DNA from: an uncultured Candidatus Rokubacteria bacterium
Lineage (GTDB): Bacteria > Methylomirabilota > Methylomirabilia > Rokubacteriales > CSP1-6
NCBI GenBank assembly: GCA_963747235.1
Contig: CAVVEU010000029.1
Coordinates: 64,001 to 128,000, forward strand
DNA: 64,000 bases
Direction: 5' to 3'
Of the stretch, positions 44,112 to 55,135 are shown in pieces. The position numbers and the translations under genes are program-made. Numbering within the stretch: the stretch's first letter is position 1; each line of letters begins with the position of its first letter. The notes beneath the pieces were generated by a model. That model did not search any database. It was not told where the DNA came from and worked only from the letters and a program-made list of their open reading frames with translations.

Positions 44112-47100
44112 GTGACCCGACGCCGCCTCTTCCTCACCGTCGCGGTCGCCCTGCTCGCCACGTTCGTGGTGGCGGCGACCGCGGCCTGGCTCGCGCTGCC
44201 GAGCCTGGCCCGCTGGGCCGTGGTCTGGCAGGTCGAGGCCCAGACCGGCCGCAAGCTGACGATGCGGGAGTTCGCCCTGGATCTACGCGGCGGCCACCTG
44301 CGCATCACCGGGCTCCGGCTGGACGATCGCGAGCCGGGTCCGCCACTCGCCGAGCTCGACCGCCTGGAAGTCCGCTTCCGCCCGAGCACGCTGCTGCGCG
44401 GCCACCTCTGGATCGAGGATCTGGCGCTCGACAATCCCCGCGTGCGCATCGTGCGGACCGCGCGCGGGGTCCTGAATATCTCCGACCTGCTGCGCCCGTC
44501 CAAGCCGCGCGAGGGCACCGCCGCCGTCACCCTCGATCGCTTCGCGCTGACCGGCGGCGCGATCCTGTTCGAGGACCGCGAGCTGACCCCGCCCCGCACC
44601 TGGCGGGCCGACGCGCTGGCCATCGAGGCCTCCCTGCTCTCCACGGTGAACCCGGAGCCGCGCGGCCGCGGCCGCCTCACCACCACCGTGGCCGGCGCGC
44701 CGCTGTCGGTCGAGATGTCCGACGTCCGGCTCGCCCCGATGCACGGGCGCGTGCGCGTCAACCTGAGCAACATGGACGCGACGCTCGCCAATCTCTACCT
44801 GCCGCCCGACACCGCGGTGGTGCTGGAGCGCGCCCTCGTCTCGGCCGGGCTCACCGCCACCGCGGACGCGCAGGACGGCCTCCGGCTCGACGGCCAGGCC
44901 CGGCTCGACAACCTGGTGATGCGCCGGCGCGGCGCGGACACCTCGCTGGTCACCGTGCCGTCGCTGACCTTCGCGCTGACCACCGTGAACGGAGCGGACG
45001 GGCGGCCGCGGGGCCGCGTCGAGGTCGTCGGGCGCGCCACCGTGCACGATCCGCGGCCCGGCCAGACCAATCGCTTCGAGCTGGAGCGCCTCAAGCTGGT
45101 GGTGGACGGCCTCGACGCCTCGGGCCGCGCGCCCGCCCAGGTCACCCTCACCGCGGCGCTGCCGGGCGGCGGCGCGCTCGACGTGCAGGGCACCGCGCGC
45201 TCCACCCCGCTCGGCTCGACGCTGCGCGCGCGGATCAGTCGCGTGGACCTGGCTTTCTGGGCGCCCTATCTCGATCTCCCGCTCCAGTTCAACGGCATGA
45301 TCGAGACCGATCTCACGGTGGACGTGGCCACCGCGGCCGCGGCCGGGATGCGGCACGACGGGGAGGGCGGCGGCGTCACGACGCGCGTGCGCGGGAGCGC
45401 CACGCTGAACGGCGCCACCGTCTACGGCCCGCGCGCGGCCGACGGCGCGCCGGCTCCCGGCGCCGCGTCCGGCATCGGCGCCGCGCCGGCCGCGGGCGCC
45501 GCATCGGCCGCCGCCGCGCAGAGCGAAGACCGGACGCGCGAGGGCCGGCGACGGCTCATCGCCGCCGACCGGATGGAGATGACCGGGCTCGACGCGCAGT
45601 GGCCGAAGGTGCGCGTGGAGCGGCTGCGCCTGGCCCGGCCGCGCGTGACCCTCGAGCGGGACCGCGCGGGGCGCTTCCCGATCCTCGACGTCGTCCAGTC
45701 GCTCCGGCCCACGGCGGCGCCCGCGCCGTCGGCCGCCCCCACCGCGAAGCCGGCGACCGCGACCACCGGCGCGCTCGCGCTCGAGATCGGCGAGGTCGCG
45801 GTCGAGGCCGGCCGGGTGCGCTTCGACGATGCCTCGGTCACGCCCGCCGCGCGCCTGCGGATCGAGCCGATCGCGCTCACCGCGAACGACGTCACGTGGC
45901 CGGGCCGGCAGCCCGCGCGCGTCAAGTTCTCCGCCGGCACGCCCGAGGCCGGCACGTTCGACGCCGAGGGCACCGTCGCGCTCGATCCCGTCCGCTTCGA
46001 GCTGCGCGCGCGCGTGGCGGGCGTCACGCTCGCGCCCTATCGCGCCTACGTGCCGCTGAGCGCGCGCCTGCAGGGCCGGCTCGAGGCCGACATGGCGCTG
46101 AAGGGCCAGCTCGGCGAGACCATGCAGCTCAACGCGCGCGGCACCGCCGCGCTCGGCGATCTCTCCTTCTCCGACGGCGACCGGCCCGTGCTCACCGTCG
46201 GCCGCATCGAGACGGTCGGGCTGGACTACACCTGGCCGGCCACCGCCAGCATCGAGCGCGTGCACATGAAGAAATCGTGGGTGCACATCGAGCGGCGCGC
46301 CGACGGCACCCTGCCGATCACCGCGCTGTTCGCCCCGGCACGCCCGGCGCCGGGCCCGGCCGCGCCCGCGCCCCGGCCGCCACCGCGCCATCGGCGGCTC
46401 CCGCCGCCGCCGGCGGCCGCCGACACCAGCAAGGCCACCGTGACCGTGCGCGAGGCCATCTTCGAGGACGGCAGCGCGACGATCGTGGACGCGGCGGTGA
46501 GCCCGCCCGCGCGCCTCGAGGTGGCCGGCGTGCGCCTGGCCGCGCGCGACTTCCAGTGGCCCGCGCGCGGCGCGATCCCGGTGCAGCTCGACATGTCCAC
46601 CCCGGGGTCCGGGACGCTCACCGCGAAGGGCCAGCTCGACCTCACCGCCCGCACGATCGAGGCGCAGGTCACGCCGAGCGGCGTGGATCTCTCACCGGTG
46701 CGGCCCTACCTGCCGGTGCGCGGGCGGATCGCGGGCAAGGCGAGCGGCGACCTCCAGGTCAAGGCGACGCTCGAGCCGCTCGCGATCACCGCGCGCGGCG
46801 CGGCCACGCTGGCCGATCTGGCGGTGGCGGACGGGGACCGGCCGGTGGCCACCGCCGCGCGGCTCGAGACCACCGGGATCGACTACACGTGGCCGGCGAC
46901 CGTGGTGGTCGAGGCCGCGCGGCTGCAGAAGCCGTGGGCGCAGATCGAGCGCGCGGCCGACGGGAGCTTCCCGATCGTCGCGCTGCTCACGCCGGCGCCG
47001 CCCGCCGCCGCAGGCACCGACGCGAGCCGCCGGCGGCAGCGCGCCGTCCGGCCCGGGGGCGCCGAAAGTGGCCGAGCCCAAACTAGATGTCCGCGTGCGC

Positions 47101-48875
47101 CGCGTCGCGGTCGAGGACGGCGTGATCGCGATCGTGGATGGCGCGGTGAGCCCGCCGGGACGCATCCAGCTCCAGGGCGCGAGCCTCCAGATCGAGAACA
47201 TCGCCTGGCCCGCGCGCGAGGCCTCCCAGGTGAAGCTGCGCACGGAGACCGCGACCGGCGGCCACCTCGAGGTCCAGGGGCAGCTTCGCGTGGACACCCA
47301 GGCGGTGGACATGCAGATCGCGGCCAAGCAGCTCGACCTGGCCACGATGCAGGCCTTCCTGCCGTCGCGCGGCACCATCGAGGGCAAGATGGACGCCGAC
47401 CTGCGCGTGCGCGGCACGCTGGCGCCCCTGTCCGTCGCGGCCACCGGCCGCCTCGCCTTCGACGACCCCACCTTCGGCGACGGGCAGCGCATGCTGGCCT
47501 ACATCAAGCGGGTGGACGTGGCCCGTCTCGACGCGGACTGGCCGCGCCGCGTGACGGTCGAGCGCGTGGCGATCGACAAGCCCTGGGTGCTCCTGGAGCG
47601 CGAGGCCGACGGCACGGTGCCGCTGCTCGGGCTCCTGATGGCGGGGCCGTCCGCGCCCGGCCCCGCGCGGCGCCGCGCCGCGCGACCGGGTCACGACCGC
47701 GCCGGGCGCCCCACCGGGTGCTGCCACATCACCGCCCGTCGTCAGAGTCGGCGCGCTCGCGGTGGAGGAGGGCTTCGTGCGCTTCGTGGATCGCACGACC
47801 ACGCCGGCCTTCGTCGAGGAGGCCTCCCGCATCGTGCTGAGCGGCCGCGGGCTCGGCACCGCGCCCGACAGCCGCGGCCAGGTCGCGATGAACGGGCGGC
47901 TCACCGGCGGCGCGCCGTTCGAGATCAAGGGCACGCTGGGCGCGATCGGCGGCCCGCTCAACCTCGAGCTCGACGGCAAGCTCACCGACTTCCCGCTCAC
48001 CCGCGTCAACCCGTACAGCAACAAGCTCATCGGGTGGGTCGCGCGCCGCGGCGCCTTCGGGGCCACCGTGCACTACCGCGTGGTGGACAACCGCATCGAG
48101 GCCACCAACGACCTGCTCATCGGCCAGCCCGAGTACGCGCCCTCGCGCAGCGGCGACGAGGTGCGCGATCGCGTCGGGGTGCCCTTCGGCATGCTCGTGT
48201 CCCTGCTCAAGAACGTGCGCGGGGAGATCAAGCTCTCGGTGCCCGTCTCGGGCGACCTCGCCTCGCGCCAGTTCGACCTGAGCGACGCCTTCTGGGCCGC
48301 GATGCGCGAGACCGCGATCAGCGTGATGGCGCTGCCGGTGAGCTGGGTGGGCAAGATCTTCTACACCGAGGACGCGCGGATCGAGACCGTGCGGATCTGG
48401 CCGGTCAACTTCGAGGCCGGCACCACCCGCATCGCGCGCGACTTCGAGCAGCAGGCCGAGCGGCTGGCCGGCTTCCTGCGCGACGCCCCCGGGCTGACCC
48501 TGGCCATGAAGCCCGTCCACACCGTGGAGGACATCGTGGCGCTCAAGCGCGAGGCGGTGCGCCAGCGCATCGACGCGGGCGCCCGCGAGCCGGGTCAGAC
48601 CGCGGAGGCGGTCGCGGCGCGGCTCTTCGCGGAGCGCTTCCCCGGCCAGGCGCCGCCACCGCGGGCTCGACGCGCTCGTGACCGAGCTGGTGAAGGCCGA
48701 GCCGAACCCGGAGGCGGCGGCCCGCAATCTCGCGGCCCGGCGCATGGAAACCACCCGCGCCCGCCTCCAGGCCGCCAAGGGCACCGCCAACGCCGAGCGC
48801 CTGCGCGCCACCGAGGGCGTGGTCCCGGTCGAGGCCTCCGGCCAGGGCCGCATCGAATTCGAGATCGTCCCCTAG
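44112..48875 (+). CDS. Large multi-DUF748 (AsmA-like) envelope protein, about 1580 aa (indels)
   Basis: N-terminal TM; repeated units (P.V.I.R...G..P/N...L; F.D..V.P); C-terminal LLKN..GEI.L..PVSGDL and an OmpA-like fold segment. Confidence 0.8.
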
Positions 48876-48891
48876 CCGGCGTCACCCGACG

Positions 48892-48937
48892 GGGTCAGGT
48901 CTTGCATTCCGACAATGTCGAATGTAAGACCTGACCC
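48892..48937. repeat. Long palindrome between convergent genes (REP-like or bidirectional terminator)
   Basis: GGGTCAGGTCTTGCATTCCGAC-AAT-GTCGAATGTAAGACCTGACCC. Confidence 0.7.
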
Positions 48938-48940
48938 GGA

Positions 48941-49538
48941 CTAGAACTTGGGATTGTCGGTGCGGTCCTCGAGGGCGGCGGGGCCTTCCGTCGGTAGCGC
49001 CTCGGCGTAGTTCTGGGCCGCGTCGATGTCGTGCTCCCAGACGTCGCGGGGCAGCTCGTACAGGACCTCGATCCCGTGGCCGTCCGGGTCCGAGATGTAC
49101 ACGCTGTGGGTCATGCCGTGGTTGATGCGCCGGTGGAACGTGACGCCCCTGGCTTGCAAGAACTCGAGCTGCTTGAGCCACGACTCGCGATCCGGCCACG
49201 CGATGGCCACGTGGTTGAGGCCGACCTTCGGCCCCATCAGGCTCCACGTCTCGGGCGATCCCTCCGCCGTCGCGGCGCCTTCCTTGCGCGGCACCTCGGC
49301 GAGCGCCACGTCGTGGTGGGAGACGATCGCCGTTGTCGGCGACGCCGCTGTAGAAGCGCATCTTCGGCCGCACCTTCCCCGGCTGGGGCTTGAGCTCCGC
49401 CACGCAGCGGAACCCCACGATCTCGGTCCAGAAGCGATGCGAGACCTCGATATCCCGCACGTTGAGCACGATGTGGTTCACGCCGCGCGGCGCCTGGGCG
49501 CTCCCGACGGCACGCACATCCGATTCGGTCTTGGCCAT
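48941..49538 (-). CDS. VOC/glyoxalase family protein (extradiol dioxygenase-like; indel near 49325)
   Basis: GVNHIVLNVRD, HHDVAL, GLNHVA, HGMTHSVYISDPDGHGIE. Confidence 0.85.
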
Positions 49539-49572
49539 GGCTCTCTCCTCCGGTGGCTAGAACATCCCCCCG

Positions 49573-50025
49573 CTAGAACATTCCATTGCTGTTGGCCGCC
49601 TTCTCCGGAATCTCCTGGATCACGTCCCAGTGTTCCACGATCTTGCCGTTCTCCAGCTTGAAGATGTCCACGATCGCCGAGCCGCGGGCGCCCGGGGTGC
49701 GGACGGCGTGCACGTGCAGGATCACGTAGTCGCCCTCGGCCCACACGCGCTTGATCTCGCTTCGCGACTGGGGGAACTTCTCGCGCAGGAACCCCAGGAA
49801 GCCCTTGAAGCCCTCGATGCCGTCCGGCGCCATCGGGTTGTGCTGCACGTACCGGGGGCCGAAGAACTTCGCGGCCGCCTCGAAATCCTTGCGGTTGATC
49901 GCGGCGTCGTAGAACTCGACGACCGCCTTCTTGTTGGCCTCCTCGGTCGCGTCGGCCGCGGCAGGGATGGGGGCGGCCGGGACGAGCAGCGCGGCGGCCA
50001 GCAGCAGCACGGCGATGCGGGTCAT
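49573..50025 (-). CDS. Exported SnoaL-like/NTF2-fold protein
   Basis: Signal peptide; NKKAVVEFY, YVQHNP..PDG, AEGDYVILH, DIFKLENGKIVEHWDV. Confidence 0.88.
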   Translation of the reverse strand: MTRIAVLLLAAALLVPAAPIPAAADATEEANKKAVVEFYDAAINRKDFEAAAKFFGPRYVQHNPMAPDGIEGFKGFLGFLREKFPQSRSEIKRVWAEGDYVILHVHAVRTPGARGSAIVDIFKLENGKIVEHWDVIQEIPEKAANSNGMF

Positions 50026-50086
50026 GGGCGCCTCCCCGGGAGCGATCACCTGCCCGCCGATGATACCGTGCCCGGGCGCCTTCGCG

Positions 50087-50968
50087 CTAGGCGCGCAGCT
50101 TGGGGTCGAGCGCGTCGCGGATGGCGTCGCCCACGAAGTTGAGGCCCACCACGGTGACGAACAGGGCGGCCCCCGGCCCGAAGACGATCCAGGGCGCCTG
50201 CTGGAGGTATCCCCGGCCGGCGTTGATCATGCTGCCCCAGGAGGCGGCCGGGGGCTGGATGCCCAGGCCCAGGAAGGACAGCGAGGCCTCGGCCAGGATC
50301 GCGAACGCCACGCTCAGCGAGGCCTGGACCACGATGGGCGCGGTGGCGTTCGGCAGCACGTGCGACCAGGCGATGCGCCAGCCGGGCGCCCCCAGGGCGC
50401 GGGCCGCGTCCACGTACTCGCGCGCGGTGATGGACAGCACCTGCCCGCGCATGAGCCGGGCGAAGGTGGGCGTGTAGACCACCCCGAGCGCGATGACCAC
50501 GCCGGTGAGCCCGGCCCCGAGCACCGCGCCCAGGGCCAGCGCCAGCACCAGCGGCGGGAACGACAGCACCGCGTCCATCACCCGCATGACCAGGTTGTCC
50601 ACCCGGCCGCCCGCGTAGCCGGCCAGCAGGCCGAGCAGCCCGCCCACGGCCACCGCGATGACCACCGAGCCGAAGCCGGCGACCAGCGAGACACGCGTGC
50701 CGAAGATCATGCGCGAGAACACGTCGCGGCCCACGTTGTCGGTGCCCATGAGATGGGTCCGGTCGGGGCGGGCCAGCGTGTTGTCGAGGTTCTGCTTCAG
50801 CGGATTGTACGGCGCCACCACCGGCGCGAGCAGCGCCACCGTGATCGCCAGCAGCATGACCGCGGCCCCGAAGGGCGCCAGGCGCGCGCGGGCGGCGCGA
50901 CGCAGGGTGCTGAAGCGTCGGTCGCGGACCGAGCGGGACGGCGCGGGCGCCGCGAGGATCGTCGCCAT
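50087..50968 (-). CDS. Peptide/nickel ABC permease (DppC-like)
   Basis: HLMGTDNVGRDVFSR, EYVDAARALGA, EASLSFLGLG. Confidence 0.93.
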   Translation of the reverse strand: MATILAAPAPSRSVRDRRFSTLRRAARARLAPFGAAVMLLAITVALLAPVVAPYNPLKQNLDNTLARPDRTHLMGTDNVGRDVFSRMIFGTRVSLVAGFGSVVIAVAVGGLLGLLAGYAGGRVDNLVMRVMDAVLSFPPLVLALALGAVLGAGLTGVVIALGVVYTPTFARLMRGQVLSITAREYVDAARALGAPGWRIAWSHVLPNATAPIVVQASLSVAFAILAEASLSFLGLGIQPPAASWGSMINAGRGYLQQAPWIVFGPGAALFVTVVGLNFVGDAIRDALDPKLRA

Positions 50969-50972
50969 GGCG

Positions 50973-51917
50973 TCAGCGGTGCCGGATCCGCGGGTCGATC
51001 CAGCCGTAGAGCAGATCCACCATCAGGTTGCTCAGGATGAAGCCCACCGCGATCAGCAGCACCACCCCCTGCACCAGCGGGTAGTCGCGCGCGAACACCG
51101 CGTCCACCACCAGGCGCCCGACCCCGGGCAGCGCGAACACGTACTCGGTGATGACCGCGCCCCCGATCAGGGTGCCGAGCTGCAGGCCGAGCACGGTGAC
51201 CACCGGGATCAGCGCGTTCTTGAGCGCGTGCCGGCGGATCACCGCGCCGTCGGAGAGACCCTTGGCGCGCGCGGTGCGGATGTAGTCCTCGGACAGCGCC
51301 TCCAGCATGCTCGAGCGCAGGGTGCGCGTGATCACCGCGGCCAGGGCCAGGCCGAGCGTGATCGCGGGGAGCGCGAGCGAGCGAATCCCGTCCCAGAGCT
51401 CCTCCATCGGATCCACGTAGCCCGAGATCGGCAGCCAGCGGAGGGTGACGCCGAACAGGAAGATCAGCAGCAGCGCGATCAGGAAGTTCGGCATGCAGAT
51501 GCCGAAGAGGGCGAACGAGGTGCCGAAGCGGTCGAGCGTCGAGTTGCGACGCGCGGCCGAGAGGATGCCGATCGGGGTGGCCACCAGCAGCGAGATGGCC
51601 ATCGCGAAGCCCGCGAGCTGGAGGCTCGGCTTGATCCGCCGGCCCACGTTCTCGATCACCGGCTCTTGATTGCGGATCGAGCGGCCGAGGTCGCCCTGGA
51701 GCAGGCGGCCCATCCACGTCGCGTACTGCAGGTGGAGCGGCCGGTCGAGGCCCAGGTCGCTCCGGAGCTGCCGCTTGACGCTGTCGTCCACCGACTCCGC
51801 CATCATGGCGTCGATCGGGTCGCCGGGCGTGAGATGGATGAGCGCGAAGACCCCGGCGGTGACCAGCAGCAGCACCGGGATCGTCGCGATCAGGCGGCGC
51901 AGGATCAGCAGGCCCAC
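50973..51917 (-). CDS. Peptide/nickel ABC permease (DppB-like)
   Basis: PGDP, GLDRP, DYIRTARAKGL, HALKNA, RDYPLVQG. Confidence 0.93.
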   Translation of the reverse strand: MGLLILRRLIATIPVLLLVTAGVFALIHLTPGDPIDAMMAESVDDSVKRQLRSDLGLDRPLHLQYATWMGRLLQGDLGRSIRNQEPVIENVGRRIKPSLQLAGFAMAISLLVATPIGILSAARRNSTLDRFGTSFALFGICMPNFLIALLLIFLFGVTLRWLPISGYVDPMEELWDGIRSLALPAITLGLALAAVITRTLRSSMLEALSEDYIRTARAKGLSDGAVIRRHALKNALIPVVTVLGLQLGTLIGGAVITEYVFALPGVGRLVVDAVFARDYPLVQGVVLLIAVGFILSNLMVDLLYGWIDPRIRHR

Positions 51918-51933
51918 CGCGGTCGCCGCGGAG

Positions 51934-53508
51934 CTACTTCAGCCAGACGTCCTTGAAGCGCATCATCCCGTCCGGGATCGGGTCGTAGCCCTGCACCTTC
52001 GGGCTGAAGGCCTTGGGCTCGATCGGGTGGACGATGAAGATCATCGGCAGCTCGTCCTGCAGGATCCGCACGAGCTGGCTGAAGAGCTTCTTGCGCTCGG
52101 CCTGGCTCGAGAGCTCGCGTGACTTGTCGAGCAGGGCGTCGATCTGCGGGTTGGAGATGCCCGACCAGTTGAGCGAGGTGCCCGGCGTGGTCCGGTAGAA
52201 CTGGAAGGTGTTGCCGTCCGGATCCGGCCGCCCGCTCCACTGGTAGCTGACCATCTCGTAGTTCTTGCTGTTGCCGTCCGAGAGCAGCGTCGCCGAGTCC
52301 ACCAGCTTGATCTTCATGGTGATCCCGGCCTCCGCGAGCTGGGCCTGCATCACCTCGGCTTCCTGGATGTTGATCGGGATGTTGTTGGTGGTCACCGTGA
52401 AGGTGAAGCCGCCGGGCTTGCCGCCCTCCGCGAGCTTGGCCTTGACCTTGGCGAGGTCGCGCTTCATGAACGGGATCGAGCGGTCGTAGGCCCAGCTCGT
52501 CGGCGGGATCGGCCCGTTGGCGGGCACGCCCACGTTGAGCCACACGCCCTTGACGATCTGCTCGAGATCGAGCGAGTAGGCCACCGCCTGCCGCAGGGCC
52601 TTGTTGTCGAACGGCGGCCTGGTGTGGTTGAGCTGGTAGGCGAAGTCGGCCAGCGAGGGCACGTCGAGCACCACCACGTTCTTGTCCGCCTTCACCGCGG
52701 CGACGTCGCGCGGGGCCACGTAGTCCATCACGTGGATCTCGCCCGCCTGGAGGCTCTGGAGCTTCACGGTGTCGTCCGGGATGGGCCGGTAGCGGATCTG
52801 CTCGAGGTAGGGCCCGCCCTGCTTGTTCCAGTAGTTGTCGTTGCGCCGGATGATGAGGCGGTCGTCCTTCACCCACTCCACGAACACGAAGGGGCCGGTG
52901 CCCGCGCCCTTGGCGTTGCGCTCGAGCTCGGCCCCGCGCTCCTGCGCGGTCTTGGGCGAGACCATCATGCCCGCGCGGTCGGTCAGGGTGGCGAGCAGCG
53001 CCGCGTCGGGCCGCTTGAGGTTGAGCCGCACGGTGTAGGCGTCCACCACGTCCACCGTGTCGATGCTGGCGGTCTCACCCTTGCGCACCGACTTGGGCTC
53101 GGTCTTCATGCGGTTGAAGTTCCACTTCACCGCCTCCGCGTTGAAGTCGGTGCCGTCGTGGAACTTCACCCCGCGACGCAGCTTGAAGATGAGGGTCTTG
53201 GGCTCGGGCTGCTGCCAGGACTCGGCCAGCCCCGGCTTGATGCCGAGGTTGGCGTCGAGCACCACGAGCGGCTCGTAGATGTTGTGGTAGATCTGCCGGT
53301 CGATCTTGCTCCCCGACAGATGCGGGTCCATGGTGGCCGCTTCGACGTAGAAGCCCACGCGCAGGGTGCCGCCCTTCTTGGGCGTCTCCTGGGCCCACGC
53401 GCGCCCGGCGGCCGGCACGAGCGCGCTCGACGCCCCCGCGAGCGCGGCGAGCCGGAGAAAGTCGCGGCGAGATTCCGAGTGGGTCGCGTCGGGCTGGGTG
53501 GCCGCCAT
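51934..53508 (-). CDS. Peptide ABC substrate-binding protein (family 5) with Tat signal
   Basis: SRRDFLR Tat motif; GLAESW, FKLRRGVKFHDGT, GTGPF, PFDNKALRQA. Confidence 0.92.
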   Translation of the reverse strand: MAATQPDATHSESRRDFLRLAALAGASSALVPAAGRAWAQETPKKGGTLRVGFYVEAATMDPHLSGSKIDRQIYHNIYEPLVVLDANLGIKPGLAESWQQPEPKTLIFKLRRGVKFHDGTDFNAEAVKWNFNRMKTEPKSVRKGETASIDTVDVVDAYTVRLNLKRPDAALLATLTDRAGMMVSPKTAQERGAELERNAKGAGTGPFVFVEWVKDDRLIIRRNDNYWNKQGGPYLEQIRYRPIPDDTVKLQSLQAGEIHVMDYVAPRDVAAVKADKNVVVLDVPSLADFAYQLNHTRPPFDNKALRQAVAYSLDLEQIVKGVWLNVGVPANGPIPPTSWAYDRSIPFMKRDLAKVKAKLAEGGKPGGFTFTVTTNNIPINIQEAEVMQAQLAEAGITMKIKLVDSATLLSDGNSKNYEMVSYQWSGRPDPDGNTFQFYRTTPGTSLNWSGISNPQIDALLDKSRELSSQAERKKLFSQLVRILQDELPMIFIVHPIEPKAFSPKVQGYDPIPDGMMRFKDVWLK

Positions 53509-53564
53509 TCCGTGTCCTCCTAAGAGTGGGCTGATACCGGGGTGATGTCGGACTGACGTCGGAG

Positions 53565-54719
53565 CTACAGCCGGCTCTCGTCGATCTTGAGGCCGAGCCA
53601 GTGGCGGCCGACCAGCTCGTAGTGGGCCAGGCGGGCCTGCAGGTGCTGGCTCATCACGTGGACGTCCTGGAAATGGCGCTGGATGGGGCTCGACTCGTAG
53701 GCCGCGGTGGCGCCCGCCATGTTGTAGACCATGTCCACGACCGAGACCGCGGTGCGGATGCCGTCGGTGGTGGCCAGGCGGAGCACCGCGCGCTGCTCGA
53801 GCGTGACCGCGCCGTTGGCGACTACCGCGTCCCAGATCCCGCGCACCGCCTCCCGGAGAAAGGCGAGGCCGGAGCGCAGCCGCGCCTCGGCCCGGCCCAC
53901 CTCGTTCTGGATCATGGGCTGATCGCGCAGCAGCGCGTCCATGGCCCGCGGGGTCTTGGTGGTGGCCAGCTCCATGAACGCGTCCAGGCAGCTCCGCGCG
54001 GTGCCGAGGGCGACCGCGGCATCCCCGGAGGCGAAGACCAGCGTGCGCGGCAGCCGGTAGAGCGGGCCCCGCTCGACCAGGGGCGCGGTCACCGACTTCA
54101 CGGTGCGGGCTTCCGGCACGAACACGTCGTCCACCTGGAAGTGATTCGTGCCGGTGCCGCGCATGCCGCGGACCTGCCAGGTGTCGAGGATCTGGGCCTC
54201 CGCGCGCGGCACGAAGCAGTAGCGCATCTCGGGCTGGCCGTCGTCGAGGCGGGGCCGGCCCTGCTCGGTGACGGTGGTGTGGGCGGCCAGCCACGAGGCG
54301 TGCCGGCTGCCGGTGCTGAAGCCCTGGCGGCCGGTGACCCGGTACCCGCCGGGCACCACGATGGCCTGCGCGTTGGCCTGCGGCGTGTTGGCCACCACCG
54401 AGCGCGGGGTGTCGATCCAGATGGCGCGCGCCGCCGCGGTCTCCATGCGCGCCGCGTAGGTCGCGAAGATGGATACCTGGTTGGTCACCCACGCGGTGCT
54501 CGCGTCGGCCCGCCCGATCTCCTCGATCACCTCGATGTAGCTCGGCAGGTCCATCTCGAAACCGCCGAGCGTCCGCGGCAGCGCGAGCCGGAAAAGGCCC
54601 GCGTCGGCCATCGCCTCGAAGAGCGGACGCGGCAGCTCGCGCAGCGCGTCCGTCTCCGGGGCCGACGACCGGATCAGCGGCGCGAGCGTCCGCGCCGTCT
54701 CGAGCGGCGACGGGGTCAC
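53565..54719 (-). CDS. Acyl-CoA dehydrogenase-fold flavin-dependent monooxygenase (HsaA-like)
   Basis: LPRTLGG, DASTAW, FSTGSRHA, DTWQVRGMRGTGT, IQRHFQDVHVMSQH. Confidence 0.88.
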   Translation of the reverse strand: MTPSPLETARTLAPLIRSSAPETDALRELPRPLFEAMADAGLFRLALPRTLGGFEMDLPSYIEVIEEIGRADASTAWVTNQVSIFATYAARMETAAARAIWIDTPRSVVANTPQANAQAIVVPGGYRVTGRQGFSTGSRHASWLAAHTTVTEQGRPRLDDGQPEMRYCFVPRAEAQILDTWQVRGMRGTGTNHFQVDDVFVPEARTVKSVTAPLVERGPLYRLPRTLVFASGDAAVALGTARSCLDAFMELATTKTPRAMDALLRDQPMIQNEVGRAEARLRSGLAFLREAVRGIWDAVVANGAVTLEQRAVLRLATTDGIRTAVSVVDMVYNMAGATAAYESSPIQRHFQDVHVMSQHLQARLAHYELVGRHWLGLKIDESRL

Positions 54720-55036
54720 TGGATCGGCGAGCGCGGCGTCGCGGTCAGGCGCGTCACCTTGATCTGCTCGCGGTCGATCATGGTGCCGACCCGCGCGGAG
54801 ATCTCGTTCTTCCAGTAGTCGGTCTGGTAGACCGCGTCGTAGAGCCGCTTGCGCTCCGCCTCGCTCTCGAAGCGGCGGATCCAGACGTAGACGGACTGGT
54901 CCTCCTCGCCCACGAAGCTGCCGAGGATGACCATGCCCATCTTGACCTGGAACGGGATGATCTCCTCTTCCATGCACTTCACCCACTTCTCCTGCTGTCC
55001 GGGACGGATGTGGTACTGCCTGAGCTCGAAGAACAT
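54716..55036 (-). CDS. NIPSNAP family protein
   Basis: MFFELRQYHIRPG, YVWIRRFESEAER. Confidence 0.88.
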   Translation of the reverse strand: MFFELRQYHIRPGQQEKWVKCMEEEIIPFQVKMGMVILGSFVGEEDQSVYVWIRRFESEAERKRLYDAVYQTDYWKNEISARVGTMIDREQIKVTRLTATPRSPIQ

Positions 55037-55135
55037 GCCGACCTCCTGGGTTCGGGTAGGCTGCCGGGGCAGCATACCGCGAATCGCCCCCGCGGGGGTA
55101 CACGGCACCGGCCGGAGCGTGTATCATCCCCTGCG

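Noticed and set aside
44053-55063. Recurring CGGGTAGGCTG (44059, 44074, 55053; partial copies at 19973 and reverse 20106) as a REP family or CRISPR remnant
   Set aside because: Too short, no spacers and no consistent palindrome; better explained as TAGGCT -10-like elements plus one local duplication.
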